From: Mantamonas sphyraenae STR306
Taxonomy: Eukaryota > Protista > CRuMs
NCBI GenBank assembly: GCA_026936335.1
Contig: JAPMXV010000025.1
Coordinates: 1 to 64,000 of the forward strand
Direction: 5' to 3'
DNA: 64,000 nt
The translations under genes and the position numbers were made by a program. The notes under the pieces are model-generated. The model made no database searches. It worked only from the letters and a program-made list of their open reading frames with translations, and was not told the origin of the DNA. Below, piece after piece: positions 9,631 through 23,400 of this stretch; positions within the stretch are counted from its first letter, which is position 1, and every line of letters starts with the position of its first letter.

Positions 9631-11874
9631 TCATGCATCCACGCTCGCCATCAGCTCGTCCACCAGTCCCTTGATCTCCACGTTGCTCGCGTCCAGATCC
9701 TTCGACAGCTCCTTGATCTTCTTTGCGTTCTTTGCGCTCTTGGCCTGTCCGATGCTGCGAACAATCGCCAGCTTCTTCGACTCGGCCACCTTGATCGCCG
9801 TCGCCGTCGCGGCCACGCCTGCGTCCAGCTCCTCCAGCGACGCAATGATCTCCGTGTGTTCCTTGACCAGCTCGTCCACCGACGCCGCCTTGCCCTCCTG
9901 CACCTCCTCCACCGCCGCGTCGCGACGCTCCAGCAGGTCCACCAGCTGGAACACCAGATCCTGGCGCTTCACCTTGCTTTCGTACGCGCTCAGCTCCTTG
10001 TTCTCGCCAATGCTAAACTCCAGACGCACCCACACCATGCACAGCACGAAAAACACAAAGTACGCAGAAATCAGCAGCAGCGGTTCCACAATCAGGTTCG
10101 ACCCAGAGAAGCGGTACGTCACCTGGAAGTAGCGTGCGTGTTCAGGCACCAGGTTGCTCGCCTTGAGCACGAGCACAGGGCGGCCCACCGTGTCCAGGTA
10201 CGTGTAGTGCGTCTCCGACTCCACCTGCTTCACGCCCGCAAACGGGGTGTGCACCTCAAAGTCCGACGCTCCCTCGGGCAGGATCACCTTGACCTCCAGC
10301 TCGTCCACCACCAGCTGCTGCAGCGACGTCGTCAGCGACACGTTCAGCATGTGCACAGACGCGTCCTCCATCGACGTGCTCAGGTACAGCGACGCCGGCA
10401 GCGTGTAGCCAAAGTAGTTCGACACCTTCCAGCCACCAAACAGCGGGAAGCGCGGCACCATCTGGAACACCACGCCCTCGTTCGCCTCGTAGTTCACGTG
10501 GCTCGTCGACACGTTGCCAATCTCGTCGCGGTAGTACACGTCCGCCGCGCCCTCTGGCAGCACGCCCACAAGCCCTCGCACAGCGTGGCGTGCAGAGTTG
10601 CCCTGGCGCTGGTAGTCGAAGCGCGAGAACCCGCTCTTCAGCTCGGCGCCGTTGTGGCGCAGCTCGTGGTACTCTTCCACGCTCACCGCGCCCCAGTGCG
10701 ACACCTCCACCAGGCGCGTCATGCTCGTCGACACAAACGGCGTGTTGTTCTCCGAGTGCACGTGCATCTTTGCGTAGCTGTACGGCGCCACGTCCGAGTA
10801 CGGGCCGTGCGTGATGCGACGCCCGTCCTTTGCCGTAGCCTGGTGCTCCGAGTACGACTGGATCGTCTCGCTTGCCAGCTCCATCACCGTCGTCTGCGCA
10901 CGCCGTGTCAGCCTCCCCTTTTCACCCGCCCTTCCCTCCACACGTCCTCCCTCTTTTGCGCACGCCCGCCTCCATCCCGCGCGCATGACACGTGGCACAC
11001 ACGCTGCCCCCAAAACCGGCTCCTGCACGCCCATCCCTGCCCCTCCCATGTCCTTTGCACGCCCACGCCCGCATGCATGCCATGTACATCTCCCTATTCC
11101 CGCACGCACTGCCTGTGCGCCCTTGCTACGCTTCTGCGCACGCTCCAACGTCCCGCGCTCCGCGCTGCATTTCCCCTCTCTCGCTCGCCGCCCTCTCGCT
11201 CCAGCCCACTGTGTGCCTCGTGCCACGCTGTCCATCTCTCTCGCGCGTCCGCATACGCTCCACACGCCCTCTCTGTGCAAAACTCACCATGCTCTGTGCA
11301 GGGTATGCCAGGTACAGGTAGTGGTTCTGCTCAAACAGCACCAGTTGGCTATCTGCCTGCTCGATCTTCCTCGGCTTCGGCACCAAGCTGTGCGTGTACA
11401 TCGTACCCACAGTCACCGTCACCTGCGCCTGGCTTGCCAGCTCCTGGCCCAGTGCCACGCGGTAGTACACGTCGTCGCTGCATGTCCCGTTCCGGTGTCA
11501 GCCAAAACATGCGCTCCCAAGCCCCAAAATCGCTCTCGCCCTCTCTTCTGCCCGCTCCCCGGCCCCTACCTGCTTGCTCCTGCGCCACCCTCCACCTTGC
11601 CCTCCACGCGCTCCACACTAAGCTCCTTGCTGTCCACCATGGCCCACACCATGCTGATCTTCTCAGCCTGCTCGGCCCTGTACACAAGGTGGAACGACGT
11701 CACCGCATCGCTTCCCGCGTTTGCCAGCACCAGCCGGCTGTACTCGCGCACCACCTGCGAGTTCAGGTACAGGTTTCGCTCAGCGCTTCGGATCTCCACA
11801 TCGCCCGACACACTTTCGCCTGCCACGGCACACGCCACCAACAGCAGCGTCACAAGCAAAGCAGTACGCCTCAT
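9631..11874 (-). CDS. RPN1: Ribophorin I, oligosaccharyltransferase subunit 1 (~585 aa). Model complement(join(9631..10893,11288..11477,11570..11874))
   Basis: Signal peptide MRRTALLVTLLLVACAVAG and hallmark motifs VEVSHWG, FSRFDYQ, YYRDEIGNVSTS, PRFPLFGGWK, YTYLDTVGRP, plus a TM helix after EPLLL. Two phase-compatible GT-AG introns have CTGAC branch points. Confidence 0.95.
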
Positions 11875-12010
11875 CGTCGTTTCGTGTTGCCACCGCCGTC
11901 GCAACGCACATTCCCTGCCCCCTTCCCCCCTCCCTCCTCTCCTGCCCCCTCAACCCTCATCTCAACCTTCAATCTCCAATCTCCATTCTCCATTCATTCC
12001 CTCCCGTCAC

Positions 12011-13947
12011 TCACTGCCTTCCGCCGCGCCTCCCTCCGCGCCCACGCCTTCCGCGCTGTCCACCCTGTCCACCCTGTCCACCCTGTCGCGCCTTGCCCTT
12101 TCCATTGCTGCTGCTCCCTCCTTGCACCTGCCTCCCTCCACCTCCACCGCCACCCACACGCTGCCGCTTCTGCCCGTTCCCGCTGTTCCCTGCGTTGTTG
12201 TTCCCCGATCCCGCCTTGCGCTTGTCTCCAACATTCCCCTTGCCCTTGCCCTTTCCTCCCTCCTTCCCTTTGCCCTTCCCCTTTCCTCCCTCCTTCCCTT
12301 TCCCCTTGCCTCCCTCCTTCCCCTTGCCTCCCCCCTTCCCCTTCCCTCCCTCCTTCCTCCCTCCGTCCCCTCCACCAAACGACAACGACACACCACTGAC
12401 CCCGTCTCCCACGCCTGCCCCACTCCTCTTCAACAGCCCTGGCACCAGCGCAATCACATTCCTCACCGCCCTCAACTCCACACGCGCCCCCTTCACCTTG
12501 GCCCGCAGCTCATCCAGCGCCCCCTTGAACCCTTCCACCGTCGCATCTCCGCCCACACTGCTGCTCGACGACGACGACGCAAGCGCCTTTTGTGCGCTCT
12601 CTGCCGCCTTCAACGCACGCGTCGTCTCTCGCTGCGCGTTGGCAAGGTTCCCCTCCGCCTCCGCCAGAGTCCCCGCCGCCTTCTTCCCGCCCAGCAGCAG
12701 CGCCTCCAGCCCTCCGTGCCACTCCTCCCACACCGCGTCCGTGTCTTCGTTCAGATGGTCCGACGGTTGCCCTGTCGACACACGGTACCCGCAGCTGCTG
12801 TTCAGGATGTTCTTCACCTTTCCTGCCATCGTGTGCAGCGCATACAGCAGCGCCTCCACAACCTCCCACCGCGTCTCCTCCGCCCCAAACTCTCCCTTCA
12901 GCAACAGCACAACCTGCGGCATCGTGCGTCGCACGTCCAGCCCGCTCGCAAACGGCGCCAGCCTCGCAAGCGACTGCACCGCAGACACCTGTGCCTCCCC
13001 TTCCAGCGACGGCAGCTGCGCAAGCATCTCCTCGCTCAGGTACTTCAGGAACGGCGTCGCCTTTGCTCCCCGATGGAACAGCGAGCTCGCGGCACGCACA
13101 CACACGCCAAACGTCTCTGCATCCTTCTCCGTCTCCAAACGCGACCCAATCAGCTTCACCAGCTCCCCGCTCTCCGCCTCTCCCTGCTTGATCGGCAGAC
13201 GCTTCAGCACGCCCACAAGACCCACATACGTCTCCGCATCCGCTCCCACCAGCGCCTTTTCAATCGCCTCGGCCAGCGCCTCCTGTGTCTCTGCGTCCAC
13301 AGAGTGCACCAGACGACCCAGCGGGCCCGTCACAATCTTCACACTCCGTGCTGCCAGCCCTGCGTCTTCTCCGCTCATGTTTTCAAACAGCACCTGCATG
13401 CACGCTGTCCCGCTCCTTCGTGTCAGCGCGCGCGCAAAACCCTCCCTCCCGAAAAAGCTCCACCGCACACCCTACCTTTCACGTCCATCCGCAGCACCAC
13501 GTTGACCCCCTTCCGCACCTTCTGCACAAGTGCCTTCTCCTCTGCGCTCGCCTCCCCTTCCCCTACATCCAGCTGCACCAGCAGCTGCACAAGCGTGTCA
13601 AACACACGGCCCGTCGCAGCCGGAAGCGCTCCTGCAACCGCGGGCAGGCTCTCCACAACCTGCTCCCGCACCTCACTGTCTCCGTTCTCGCACATCTCCA
13701 CCAGCGCATCCACCGTCTCTTCCGCGCGCCCTTCAAAGAACCCGCAGTACTTCACCACATACGGCACCAGCGCCGCAACAACCTCGCTCGACGCACCCCG
13801 CTGTTCCAGCAGCTTCCCGTACGCTCCCTGGATCTCCTCGTTCCCCTCTGCCTCCTTTGCCGCTGCCTCCTTGTCCTCCACACTCAGCAGAGGATCCAGG
13901 TCGTATGCTGCCAGATAGATCGGCTTCAAGGCCTCGTTCGTCGTCAT
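12011..13947 (-). CDS. API5: Apoptosis inhibitor 5 (API5/AAC-11)-like ARM/HEAT protein (~621 aa) with a Gly/Lys/Arg-rich tail. Model complement(join(12011..13404,13476..13947))
   Basis: API5-like segments KYCGFF...ETVDALVEMCENGDSEVREQVVESLP, FDTLVQLL, VEALLYALHTM and CGYRVSTGQPSD. A 71-nt intron GTAGGG...CTGAC...ACAG restores the frame. Confidence 0.8.
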
Positions 13948-14025
13948 TGCTGCAGGCTGTTCCCGTGCCCCTCCCACGCTCGCACCAACCCTATCCATAC
14001 CAAACCCAACCACACCCCACTCCCC
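13948..14025. promoter_or_regulatory. Putative bidirectional promoter between the API5-like and Hobbit-like genes (78 bp ATG to ATG)
   Basis: Divergent start codons at 13947 (-) and 14026 (+). Inferred from position only; no motif identified. Confidence 0.55.
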
Positions 14026-17000
14026 ATGCACCTCCTCCTCATCCTCTCCATCCTCCTCTCCACCCTCCTCATCGCCGCATACCTGGCTCTGCGCACCCTC
14101 ACCTCCCGCTACAACCTCTCCTACTCCTCCCTCTCCCCGTTCCACATCCACAACCTCGCCTTCTCCGCAACCTTTCCCGTCTGGGACCTCGCCTACAACC
14201 CAGACGCTCCCACAAACCTCGAGCCCACACGCGCTCTCGTCACCCTCTCCCTGCACTGCAACTCCATCAACCTCTCCTTCCTCCCGCGCCTACCCCACTG
14301 GCGCCCCTTTGCAATCACCATCCGCGGCGTCACCCTCGCCCTCGACCCGCTCGATGACCACGCCGCCCTCGACGCCCTCACTCCCCCTCCCTCCACCCCA
14401 GACACACCCAACGACCACCTTGCAGCACAACCCGCCCCGGCAAAGCCCGCCACCACCCGCACCACGCCCTCCACCCTTCACCGTCTCCTCTCCTACCTCC
14501 TTCGCGTCTTTCTCTGCTCCATCCACGATGTCAGGATACGTCTCGCAGACCACGTCGTCCACGCACACATCCACGCCCCGTCCGCCACCCTCACTCTCGA
14601 CCTCGACTCCCGTACGGCCCACCCGCGCCTCTACCTACACACACAGCCCATCACCCTCTCCCTCTGCGACCCCGACCACGACCAACACGACAACCACGAC
14701 CCCTGCCGAACCCTCACCCTCCACCCAATCACCGCTCGCTACGACGCACGCGGCTCCCTCCACCTCGACGCAGACGCCCTCCGCGTCAACCTCTGCCCCA
14801 CCCGCATACGTCGCCTCCTCGACCTCGCCTGCCTGTACAAGTGCACCCTGCCCTACATCCGGCCCCGCTCAAACGCAAACCCCTCGCCCCTCGCCCTCCT
14901 CCACGCCATACCCCACTCCCTCCACCTCCACCTCCACTCCCTCTCCTTTCGATTCTATGACAAGGCCGCCCAGCACATACACTTTGCCTGGACAGACATC
15001 CTCCTCGCCGCAAACGCCTCCCACACAGACTCCATTGAACTCGCCGCCTCTCTCGACTTCAACGGCCCCACCATCTCCTGCTCAGACATGCCCCAGCACT
15101 CCCCGTCCCCAAACATCCTCGACGCTCGCTGCTCCGCCGCCCTCGCCCTCCTCGTACGCACACACTCCCCCAAAACAGACCACGAGCGCCTCGCACGCTC
15201 CATCTTTGATCCTCACCATCTCAACACCCAAGACCACCTCCCCGACCCGGCACGCTACTCCATACACTCCCTCAACCTACGTGTAGACGTCCACGACGTA
15301 CGCATCCTCCAGGGCGGGCCTGCCTCCTTCGACTGGGCTCTCTATCTCCTCAAGACACACCTCAACGCTCGCCGCCGCCTTTGGAACGTCCACCAGCTCC
15401 TTCATTCAGTCGCCTGGCAGTGGCCCCGCCTCTCCAACCCGTCCCCTTCTTCACACAACGCCTCCTCCCTCCGCACCCTCCTCGACCGCTCCCCCATCAT
15501 CCTCCGCATGCAAGTCCACGGCGTCCATGTCCTCGCCTCAGACCCGCTCGGACAATCCCAGTGGCAGATCGCCTCCGAGGGACTCCTTCTCACCGCAAGC
15601 TCCACCTACGACCACCTTGCCAGCCCCTCCTCTGCCGCAGACCCCTACACAGGCCCTGCCGGCCCACGCACCCACAATTCCCTCAACTTTCAGCTCACCA
15701 TGGATTCTCTCTCCCTTTCCCTCCTCGGCGTCTCTCCCTCTCTCGACGGTCTGCCCAACGGCGACCTCACAAGCCCCCTCGCACACAAGCACGTCAGCGG
15801 CCGCCTCATGCTCGTCGAAAACTGCCTCCTCGCTGCCTCCTACGACATTGCCGCCCATTCCCTCGACACCCTCTCCTGTAACATGAGCCACTGCATCGTC
15901 GAGCTCTCCCATCAGGCCTTTCTCGCCATGCAAAGCGTCGCCCAATGCTACCCGCTCGCTCCCAAGCGCATCCGCCGCCTCCTCCGCAAGTTTTCCCGCT
16001 TCGCTGCTCTCCGCCGCGACTCCACTCTCCAAGACCACTCCCCCCTCCACATCCACTACCCGGTCAGCGTCCTCCTCGAAGACCTCACCGTCTTTCTCCT
16101 CGACGACGTCCACTCCTGGAACGATACCGGCATCCTCTACTGCCAGCTCGAACTCGTCTCTGCCCTCATCGACCTCGACACTGCCACCCTCGCCAGTGCC
16201 ATGCAGGAAATGACCGTCCGCTGCATCCTCCCGCAGAAGAGCCCCACAGACCTGGCCCTCATCCAGCGTGTCAACCTCCAACACGGCACCCTCAACGTCG
16301 ACACTGCCTCCTGCAACTGGGACCTCCACTCACACCACTACATTGCACGCCTCTACGCACGCGCTCGCAAAACCCTCCTCCCCTCCTCGACAACCCCGCC
16401 ACCTCCGCCTCTCGCACGCACCCGCTCAGACTCCATCGATCTCGACGCTTCCCTCGACATAGACCCCTCCACAGAACTCGACCCCTCCTCCTACCTTCAC
16501 ACCATCAACATGCACCAGGTCCACCTCCACGCAGCCCTCTCCGACGCACGCCTCCACGCCCACGTGCCCATCATCACAATCTCCCCCCAGGCTCGCTCCC
16601 TCACCTGTACAGACCTCGCTCTCCACGCAAACGACGCACCCATCCTCACCTGTGCTTCTGCGACCGTCACCCGCGACCCATCCACCCTCCATCTCTCCCT
16701 CGACGCACCCCATTTCCGACTGCCGCACAACTCAGATCTCAGCCCGCTCGTCGACGAGCTCCAGTGGACCGCAAAAGCCCTCGCCACCGCAGTCGCAGAC
16801 CCCAACCCCTCCTCCCCATCCACCACAAACCTTCTCCTACGCATCTCCGATCTTCGCCTCGTCATCTGCGACGACCCCTTCCAGCGCAAACTCCGCCAGG
16901 ACTTTCACGCCCGAATGGAGGAGCAGCTCGAGGGCGAAATGCGCAAGATGGTCATGATGGAGGGCATGGACGTGGCCGCCTCCGCCATCACCGAGGACGA

Positions 17001-20000
17001 GTACCAGAAGCTCTTTGGCGAGGCCGAAGCCGAACAGTACGTCCGCAAGATGCACCAGCGTCGCACGGGCGCCTCCTCAGCACCACACACACAGGTCGAG
17101 CTTCTCCTCCTCACCGTCGAATCTCTCCAACTCGTTGCAGACCACGATCCGCGCCTCGCAGAACCCCGTGCCCAGCAAGCAATCATCAACGCAGGCGACC
17201 AGGGGCTCTCCAAACGCCTCGGCATCTCCCTCCACACCTGGTCCCGCTTCATCCGCTTCTCCCTCGACAACGCCTCCCTCTGCCTCCGTGACTACAACAC
17301 AGACGACGACCCACTCCTTTCTGTCGCTAGCCTCACCCTCAAGGGACCCCTCGTCGGCGCCACCCAACAGCCCGACCACCACCACGACACCGACAACGAC
17401 AACGACAACGACAATGACAAGGATGACAATGACCCTTCCACGCAGCGCACCATGCTCGGTGTCACCGTCAAACGCTCCCTCCACGCCCTCAAGCTCTTCC
17501 ACGAGCTCACTCTCGAGCTTCACCAGCCCACCATGGCCTACTCCCCGGCCTACGCAGGCGTCCTTGCTGACGTCTCTGCCTCCCTTCGTCGTCTTCTCCC
17601 TCCATCCCCAGACCCCAGTGCCCCGCTCCCGTGGTGGGACAAGCTGCGCCTCCAACTCCTCGGCCCGCTCACCATTGTCTCCCACTCTGCACGCCTCACC
17701 CTCTACGCCTCCCTCCAGGCCTACGACCGCACCCGCGCCCTCGTCCTCCACACCCACCATGCAAATCTCCTCCTCGGCCCGGGCCTTGGCGGCCTAGCCC
17801 TTTCCGTCTCCGACCTCGACCTTCGTACCATCGACCAGTTTGCCGTCCGTGCCACCTCCAACCAGGTGCTTCACCTGCCCACCCTCGAACTCAAGCTCGG
17901 CATCCAGTGGGTCAACCACCGCGCCGTCGACGCCATCAAGGCCGGCGTCCATCGCGGCATCTACGTGCGTCCACGCGACAAGATCCCAGACAGCGATTTC
18001 GACCAGCCGGGCGTCATCGACACCTACCAACACTTCCGCACCCATTCCATCAACGTCGAACTCGCCGCAAACGACGCTGGCTCACAGTCCACCCTCCGCC
18101 TCAACGCAGACAGCGCTCGCCTCCTGCGAATCCTCCGTGACCAGTACGCCTCTGCCTCCCTCAGCCAACACAAGCGCGGCACCTCTCCAGGCCTCTCCTC
18201 CCTCCTCGACTCTGTCAGCATGCGCATCTCCTTCACCTCCCCCGTCTTCGAAGGCTGGCGCACCCCAGAGTTTGGCTTCCGCTTTGACATCCACTCCCTC
18301 GACGTTGCCCTCGTCGCCCTCCAACACACCGAATGGCTCCCCGGAGGCAGACGCACACGCCGCGACTGGTCTCTCGACACCGCCTCCGCCGCCCTCGCCT
18401 CTCTCTCCATCGTCCTCACCCAGCTGGGCGCACGCCACACCCTCCTCGACACCTCAAACGTCTCTATGCAACACATCGGCGACGCAGGCTCCTCCTTTGT
18501 CGAGCGTGCCGTCGTCGACGACCTCAAGCTTGTCTGGACCCTCGCCAACCGCAAGGCCGTCGCCATCTGGATGAACATCTGGCGCCACAACGTCCTCGGT
18601 GCCGACATGGGTCTCATGCGCCACTTTGAAGAGCTCTACGAAGCCAACACCTGGCTACGCAAAGGCAAAAAGGCCACCACGAACCCTTCCTCCTCCTCCT
18701 CCTCCTCCTCCTCCTCCTCCTCCTCCAATGCCAACTCCACTCCATCCTCCCTGGCAGACGCACTCGGCTCCATGCCCCTCCTCCGCGGCATCGGCCTGAA
18801 AAATGCATCCGTCCCACAGCCTGCTTCCCACAGCGAAGAGGACAACGTCACATGGATGGACGGTGTCGCTTGGCTCCACGGCATGCTGCGCTGGCGCCAC
18901 GTCGAGTTCCGCAGGCCGCAGATCAAGTTTGGCGACCCGGATCTCGGCGCCATCCTCCTCACCGCAGAAACCTCCAGCGTCGCACATTACACCTACGAAC
19001 ACCAAGAGGGCTACAAGGTCGTCAACGACTGGGCCAACGTGCAGTGGTACACAGTGGCCGCCGACGTCCGCGACGACACCGCCTGGTCCCCGGACGTCTT
19101 CAGCAGCTCCACCTACCCTGGCCCAGGCCTCACCCTGGCCATCCAGCTGTGTCCCATGACCGTTTGCTACTCCCGTGGCAGTTCCGACAGCGCCGACGAG
19201 GCCATGGACGTCATGGGCCTCTCCTTCCCCTTTGTACCCATTGTCATGGACTCCCAGCAAGTCGGCACCGTCGTCGCCGTCATTGCCAGCGTCCTACTCA
19301 CCCGTCTGCCATCAGGCATCAGTTTCGACGACCAGCTCGCACAGGCCACCGAGCTCTACCTTGACGAGGGCGAAGAGCCAGACTTTCAGGCCCTCAAGGA
19401 CCGCGTCCGCGCCATGGGCGCCGAGGTCGTCCGCATCGAACGGCTCCTTCGCGACTGTTCCCAGATGAGCAGCAAGTTTGACCACGAAACCTTTGTCCAA
19501 CAGCTCAGTGACTGGCGCCAGAAGCTCAAGGAGACACGCAAGCGCTACGCAGACATGAAGCGCCAGATCAAGATCCTTTTGCGCGCAGCCATCAGTGAGC
19601 AGCGACGCCTCGCAAAGAACGACATGCAGCACGACTTTAAGGTCGAGTTTGTCGTCCAGCAGGGCAGCTATGAGATGGTCGGCCTCGACAACAGGGAACC
19701 CTTTTGCCGCCTCGAGTGCCGCGACCTACGCGGCGCCTTTCTCAGCAACGAAGACAACAGCAACGAGCGCCGTGTCCGCGTCGAGGCCCTCACCATGCGT
19801 GCCGTCGGATCCATGGGTGACTATGATGTCCTCCGCGACGCATCCTCCTCCGACACCTCCATGATGCTCCGCGTCCTCAGCCGCCAACGGAGCGCACACG
19901 ACTACGAATCCTTCCGCATTGACATCGGCCGTCCACTCTCCGTCGACCTCACATGGGCCATGGTCCGTCGCATCTCACTCTACTTCTTCCCCGACGCCAG

Positions 20001-20455
20001 CGACGAGCTCGAAAACGATCTCTCCTCAGACTCTGTCTCTGCCATGTCCTCCCTCCTCCACCACCACCACCACCAACAGCAACACCAACTCCACCCAATC
20101 CTCCACATCCAACCTGTCACGCACCCACAGTGACAGCCGTGCTCCCAAACCCGCAAAGGGCCCAGCCGTCCAGCTCCACTTTGACGAGTTTGGCCTCGGC
20201 GCCGTCCAGATCGACGTCCGCTACCGCTCCAAATGGCTCAAGGCCCTCGACGATGGCCTCAAGCTCGACCTGGAGCAGATTGCCTATGCCGATGTCCAAC
20301 TCACCTGGACCCAGCTCTACGTCCGCGTTTTCAAAGATGTCCGCAGCAACGTCCTGCGCATGGAGACCCTGCGCCGGATGCGTCATCGGCGCAAGGCTGG
20401 CGACTCTTCCACATCCACCACCGCCACACGCAACCGCACAAACAGCACCAGGTGA
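14026..20455 (+). CDS. BLTP2: Bridge-like lipid transfer protein, Hobbit/KIAA0100/Fmp27/SABRE family (~2140 aa); one apparent extra C near 20051-20053
   Basis: N-terminal TM anchor MHLLLILSILLSTLLIAAYLAL and family motifs DDPFQRKLR, LCLRDY, PSPDPSAPLPWWDKLR, DTYQHFRTHSIN, LKLVWTLANR and RPQIKF, then a coiled coil. The C-terminus (…LTWTQLYVRVFKD) lies in the frame of ORF 19919..20455. Confidence 0.88.
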
Positions 20456-20494
20456 CCCACACATACTCTCAAACAAAAATCCTTCCTCCATCGC

Positions 20495-23400
20495 ATGGTT
20501 CGTTCTCTCCTCCCACTCTCCCCCTCTCCCCCTCTCCCCCTCTCCGCGCGTCTAACCCACTCCACACCCCGCAGGACCTCTTTAACTGGGCGTCCACGTT
20601 GACACAGGAGCCCGTCAGCCAGGCGGACGACTTTGCCAGCGGCCTGCGTCTTTGCGAGTTGCTAAACAGCCTGTGCGAACAGCACCAGCTACCGCACTCC
20701 CTCAAGTACAATCGTCGCGCGCGCTTCCAGCTCCACAAGGTCGAAAATGTCAACCTTGCCATCGACTTTCTCGAGTCCTCGCTGGGAATCAGCGTTTACC
20801 CAGGTGTGTTCCCTCGGCCCGTCCCCTCCCCCGTCTCTACTCGCACCCCACACCCCACACCCGTTTCACTCCTGCCCAACCCGTCCCACGTACTCACGCG
20901 CCCATGCTCCTCCAGTCACCGCCATGGACGTTGTCGAAGGCGACGAAAAAAAGGTGCTCAAGGTCCTCGCGGCCATCCGCGTCAAGTTTGGCGACAACAA
21001 AGTCGCCACCACGCCTTCCACGACGACCACAACCCAGCCTGCCCCCGCATCGCCTGTCCCAACGCCTGTCGAACAGCCTTCCACAGAGCCCCAACCCTCC
21101 GTCTCCACAACCAGCACCAGCACCGAGGAGCAGCAGGCCTCACCAACCAACCGCGACGACGAGGACGGCGTCGACGACAGCCAACCGCCTGCAGACAAAC
21201 CGGCTTCGGCCATCCAGCTGCGCCAATATCTCGACGAACCCGCGGGCTCACGCAACTCCTGCTACAACTACGTCGATCAGGGCCATTTAAAACGCCTCGT
21301 GAGTTGCCCTCCCACTGCCCCCCACGCGCACTCCACCGTCCCTTTTTTGTCCGCAGCCTCATTTCACGGCCCTCCCTCCCCTCTCCATCGATGACTGACT
21401 CCTGATCCCGCCTCCTCGACACACCTTGTCCGCACATTGCCTCTCCACGCTCCGCCCCCTTCTGCCTGCCTCTACCTCCTCAGCTGGCCGGCATTGACGA
21501 GTCTTCCACAACGGCCAGCTTGCACAACTTTCTTCCTCGCGACCAATCCGGCCCCGGGCCCTCTCTCACCGCCACAGCCGCTGCCAAGCTCACCAGTCCC
21601 ACAGTTGCACCCAACGCTACCGACGACGCAGTCCTGCACATTTCCTCCTCCTCCACATCCGCACCCGCCGACGACGACCACGACGCCGACACCACCACCG
21701 ACCTCGCCCTTGTACAGCCCGAGTCTCCGTCCCTGTCACCCTCGCCATCCACCTCTCCACGCGAGTCCATCGCCATCACCTCCACCTCGTCCGACACGGA
21801 CACCACCATTTCCCTCTCCACACCTCTCATCTCCGAAGACGACGATCTCCCGGAAACCACGCCGCGCATCGACTCAAACTCCTCCACCTCAAGCACCGCC
21901 AGCAGCAGGACCCAAGACTCGACCTCCACCAGTGCCTCCATCCCCGACCGTCGCGCTTCCACAAACGACATCGACTGGGACTCCATCCAGGAACGCGGAC
22001 GCAGACTGACCCAGGTGACCCCACACATGAAACTCGAAATCACAAACAACGCCCGCAACTCCTACATCGCCTACAAGACACGACGTGAGTCCACCATTGG
22101 CCTTCGCCCAGTCTCTTCCAGTGGCATGTCCCTCCCTCAGCTCAACTCTCTCCGCACAGAGGCAAACGCAACCACCTCCTCCTCCCGTCTCTCCACCTCC
22201 CTTTCTCCCACCACCACCACCACCACGACGACTCCTCCACCTCCACCTCCAACACCTCCAACACCTCAACACCTCCACCTCCACCACCCTCATCGACACA
22301 CAACCCATCCCGGACACCACCCCCTCCGAGGACGACCACGACGACGACGACGAGCTCCCGGACTATATCCGCGACGAGGTCGACGAAGCCAAACAGGCCG
22401 GCCTCATGGCCCTTCACCACATGGAAGACAAGACTTACACTGTCAACAAGATCTTCAATGCCCTGAAAAAGGCCGAGCGCACACTCCGTGTCACCGCACG
22501 TGGCATCGAGAACGTACGCAAGAACGAAGTCACCTCCTTCCACCCCTGGGACCGCGTCGACGGCTGCTCCCTCTCAAACTCCACCACCTTTACTCTTCGC
22601 TACCGCAACGAACACGACTACAAATACTCCACCAAGGACCACGCCCCCGAAATTGTACAGGAGGTCTCCCAGCGCCTCGCCTCCTATCGCGAGGCCGTCA
22701 AGTCTGTCCGCCGCTCCCTTCTCGAAGACCTTGAGCTACGCGACACACCCACCTTCAAGCGCTCCACCTCGGTATCCTCACGCAGCACACGCTCTCGACG
22801 CATCAGCAACTACAAGGTCTCTGTCGAGCAGGAGGCCGCACGCGCACGTGCTGCCCAGCGCATGGCTGCCGCCGCCGTCGACGCCGTCGTCTTTAACCGC
22901 AAAACCGACGAGGGCAACACCATCAACGCCTTTGTGTCCAAGTATGACGCCATGGACAAGCGCAACCGCAAGGAGCCTCTGCAAACCCTTGCCGAAACAC
23001 GCCAGTTTGTCGACGGCATGCGCCAGTACCTCCTCGAGAACAGGTGGGACGAAATCCAAGCCGCCGCAGGCGATGCCCCTCTCCCGTCCTCCAACATAAG
23101 CGGCCTCATCGAGGTCTCTCTCGAAAACGCCGTCGTCGCCCCGCTCCACGACAAACTGTGCGCCACCCTGCGCCGCATCACCGCCGACGAGGACCAGCTC
23201 CTTGCCGAGAGCATTGCCAAGATCCGCTACGAGACCCAGGAGTTCTTTGGCATCCCCGAACACCTCATCAGCAAGAGCAACTGGGCAAGCGCCATATTTG
23301 AGCTAGGCGAGATCAACCACACCGTCCTTCCCTCCCAAAAGATTTCCATTATTGTCCGCGCAGCAAAGGCCATCTACCAGCTCGCCAACTACGAGAGCGA

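Noticed and set aside
10894-11287. Longer RPN1 intron as a possible snoRNA host
   Set aside because: No convincing C/D or H/ACA box arrangement was seen by eye. An Infernal/Rfam scan would be needed.
12230-12365. Tandem (cccttgcc/ccctccttcc)-type repeats as a CRISPR-like or satellite array
   Set aside because: They encode the KEGGKGKG low-complexity tail of the API5-like protein. There is no repeat-spacer structure and the context is eukaryotic.
7965-13918. Very long + strand ORFs (7965..9674, 8320..12399, 10811..13918, 11721..13505)
   Set aside because: They are antisense shadows of RPN1, API5 and the LRR genes. Extreme C-richness removes stop codons, and the translations are low-complexity Pro/His/Leu/Ser.
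13285-14025. N-terminal extension of the 2282-aa ORF upstream of 14026
   Set aside because: It overlaps API5 exon 1 on the other strand. The hydrophobic anchor expected for Hobbit proteins begins at ATG 14026.
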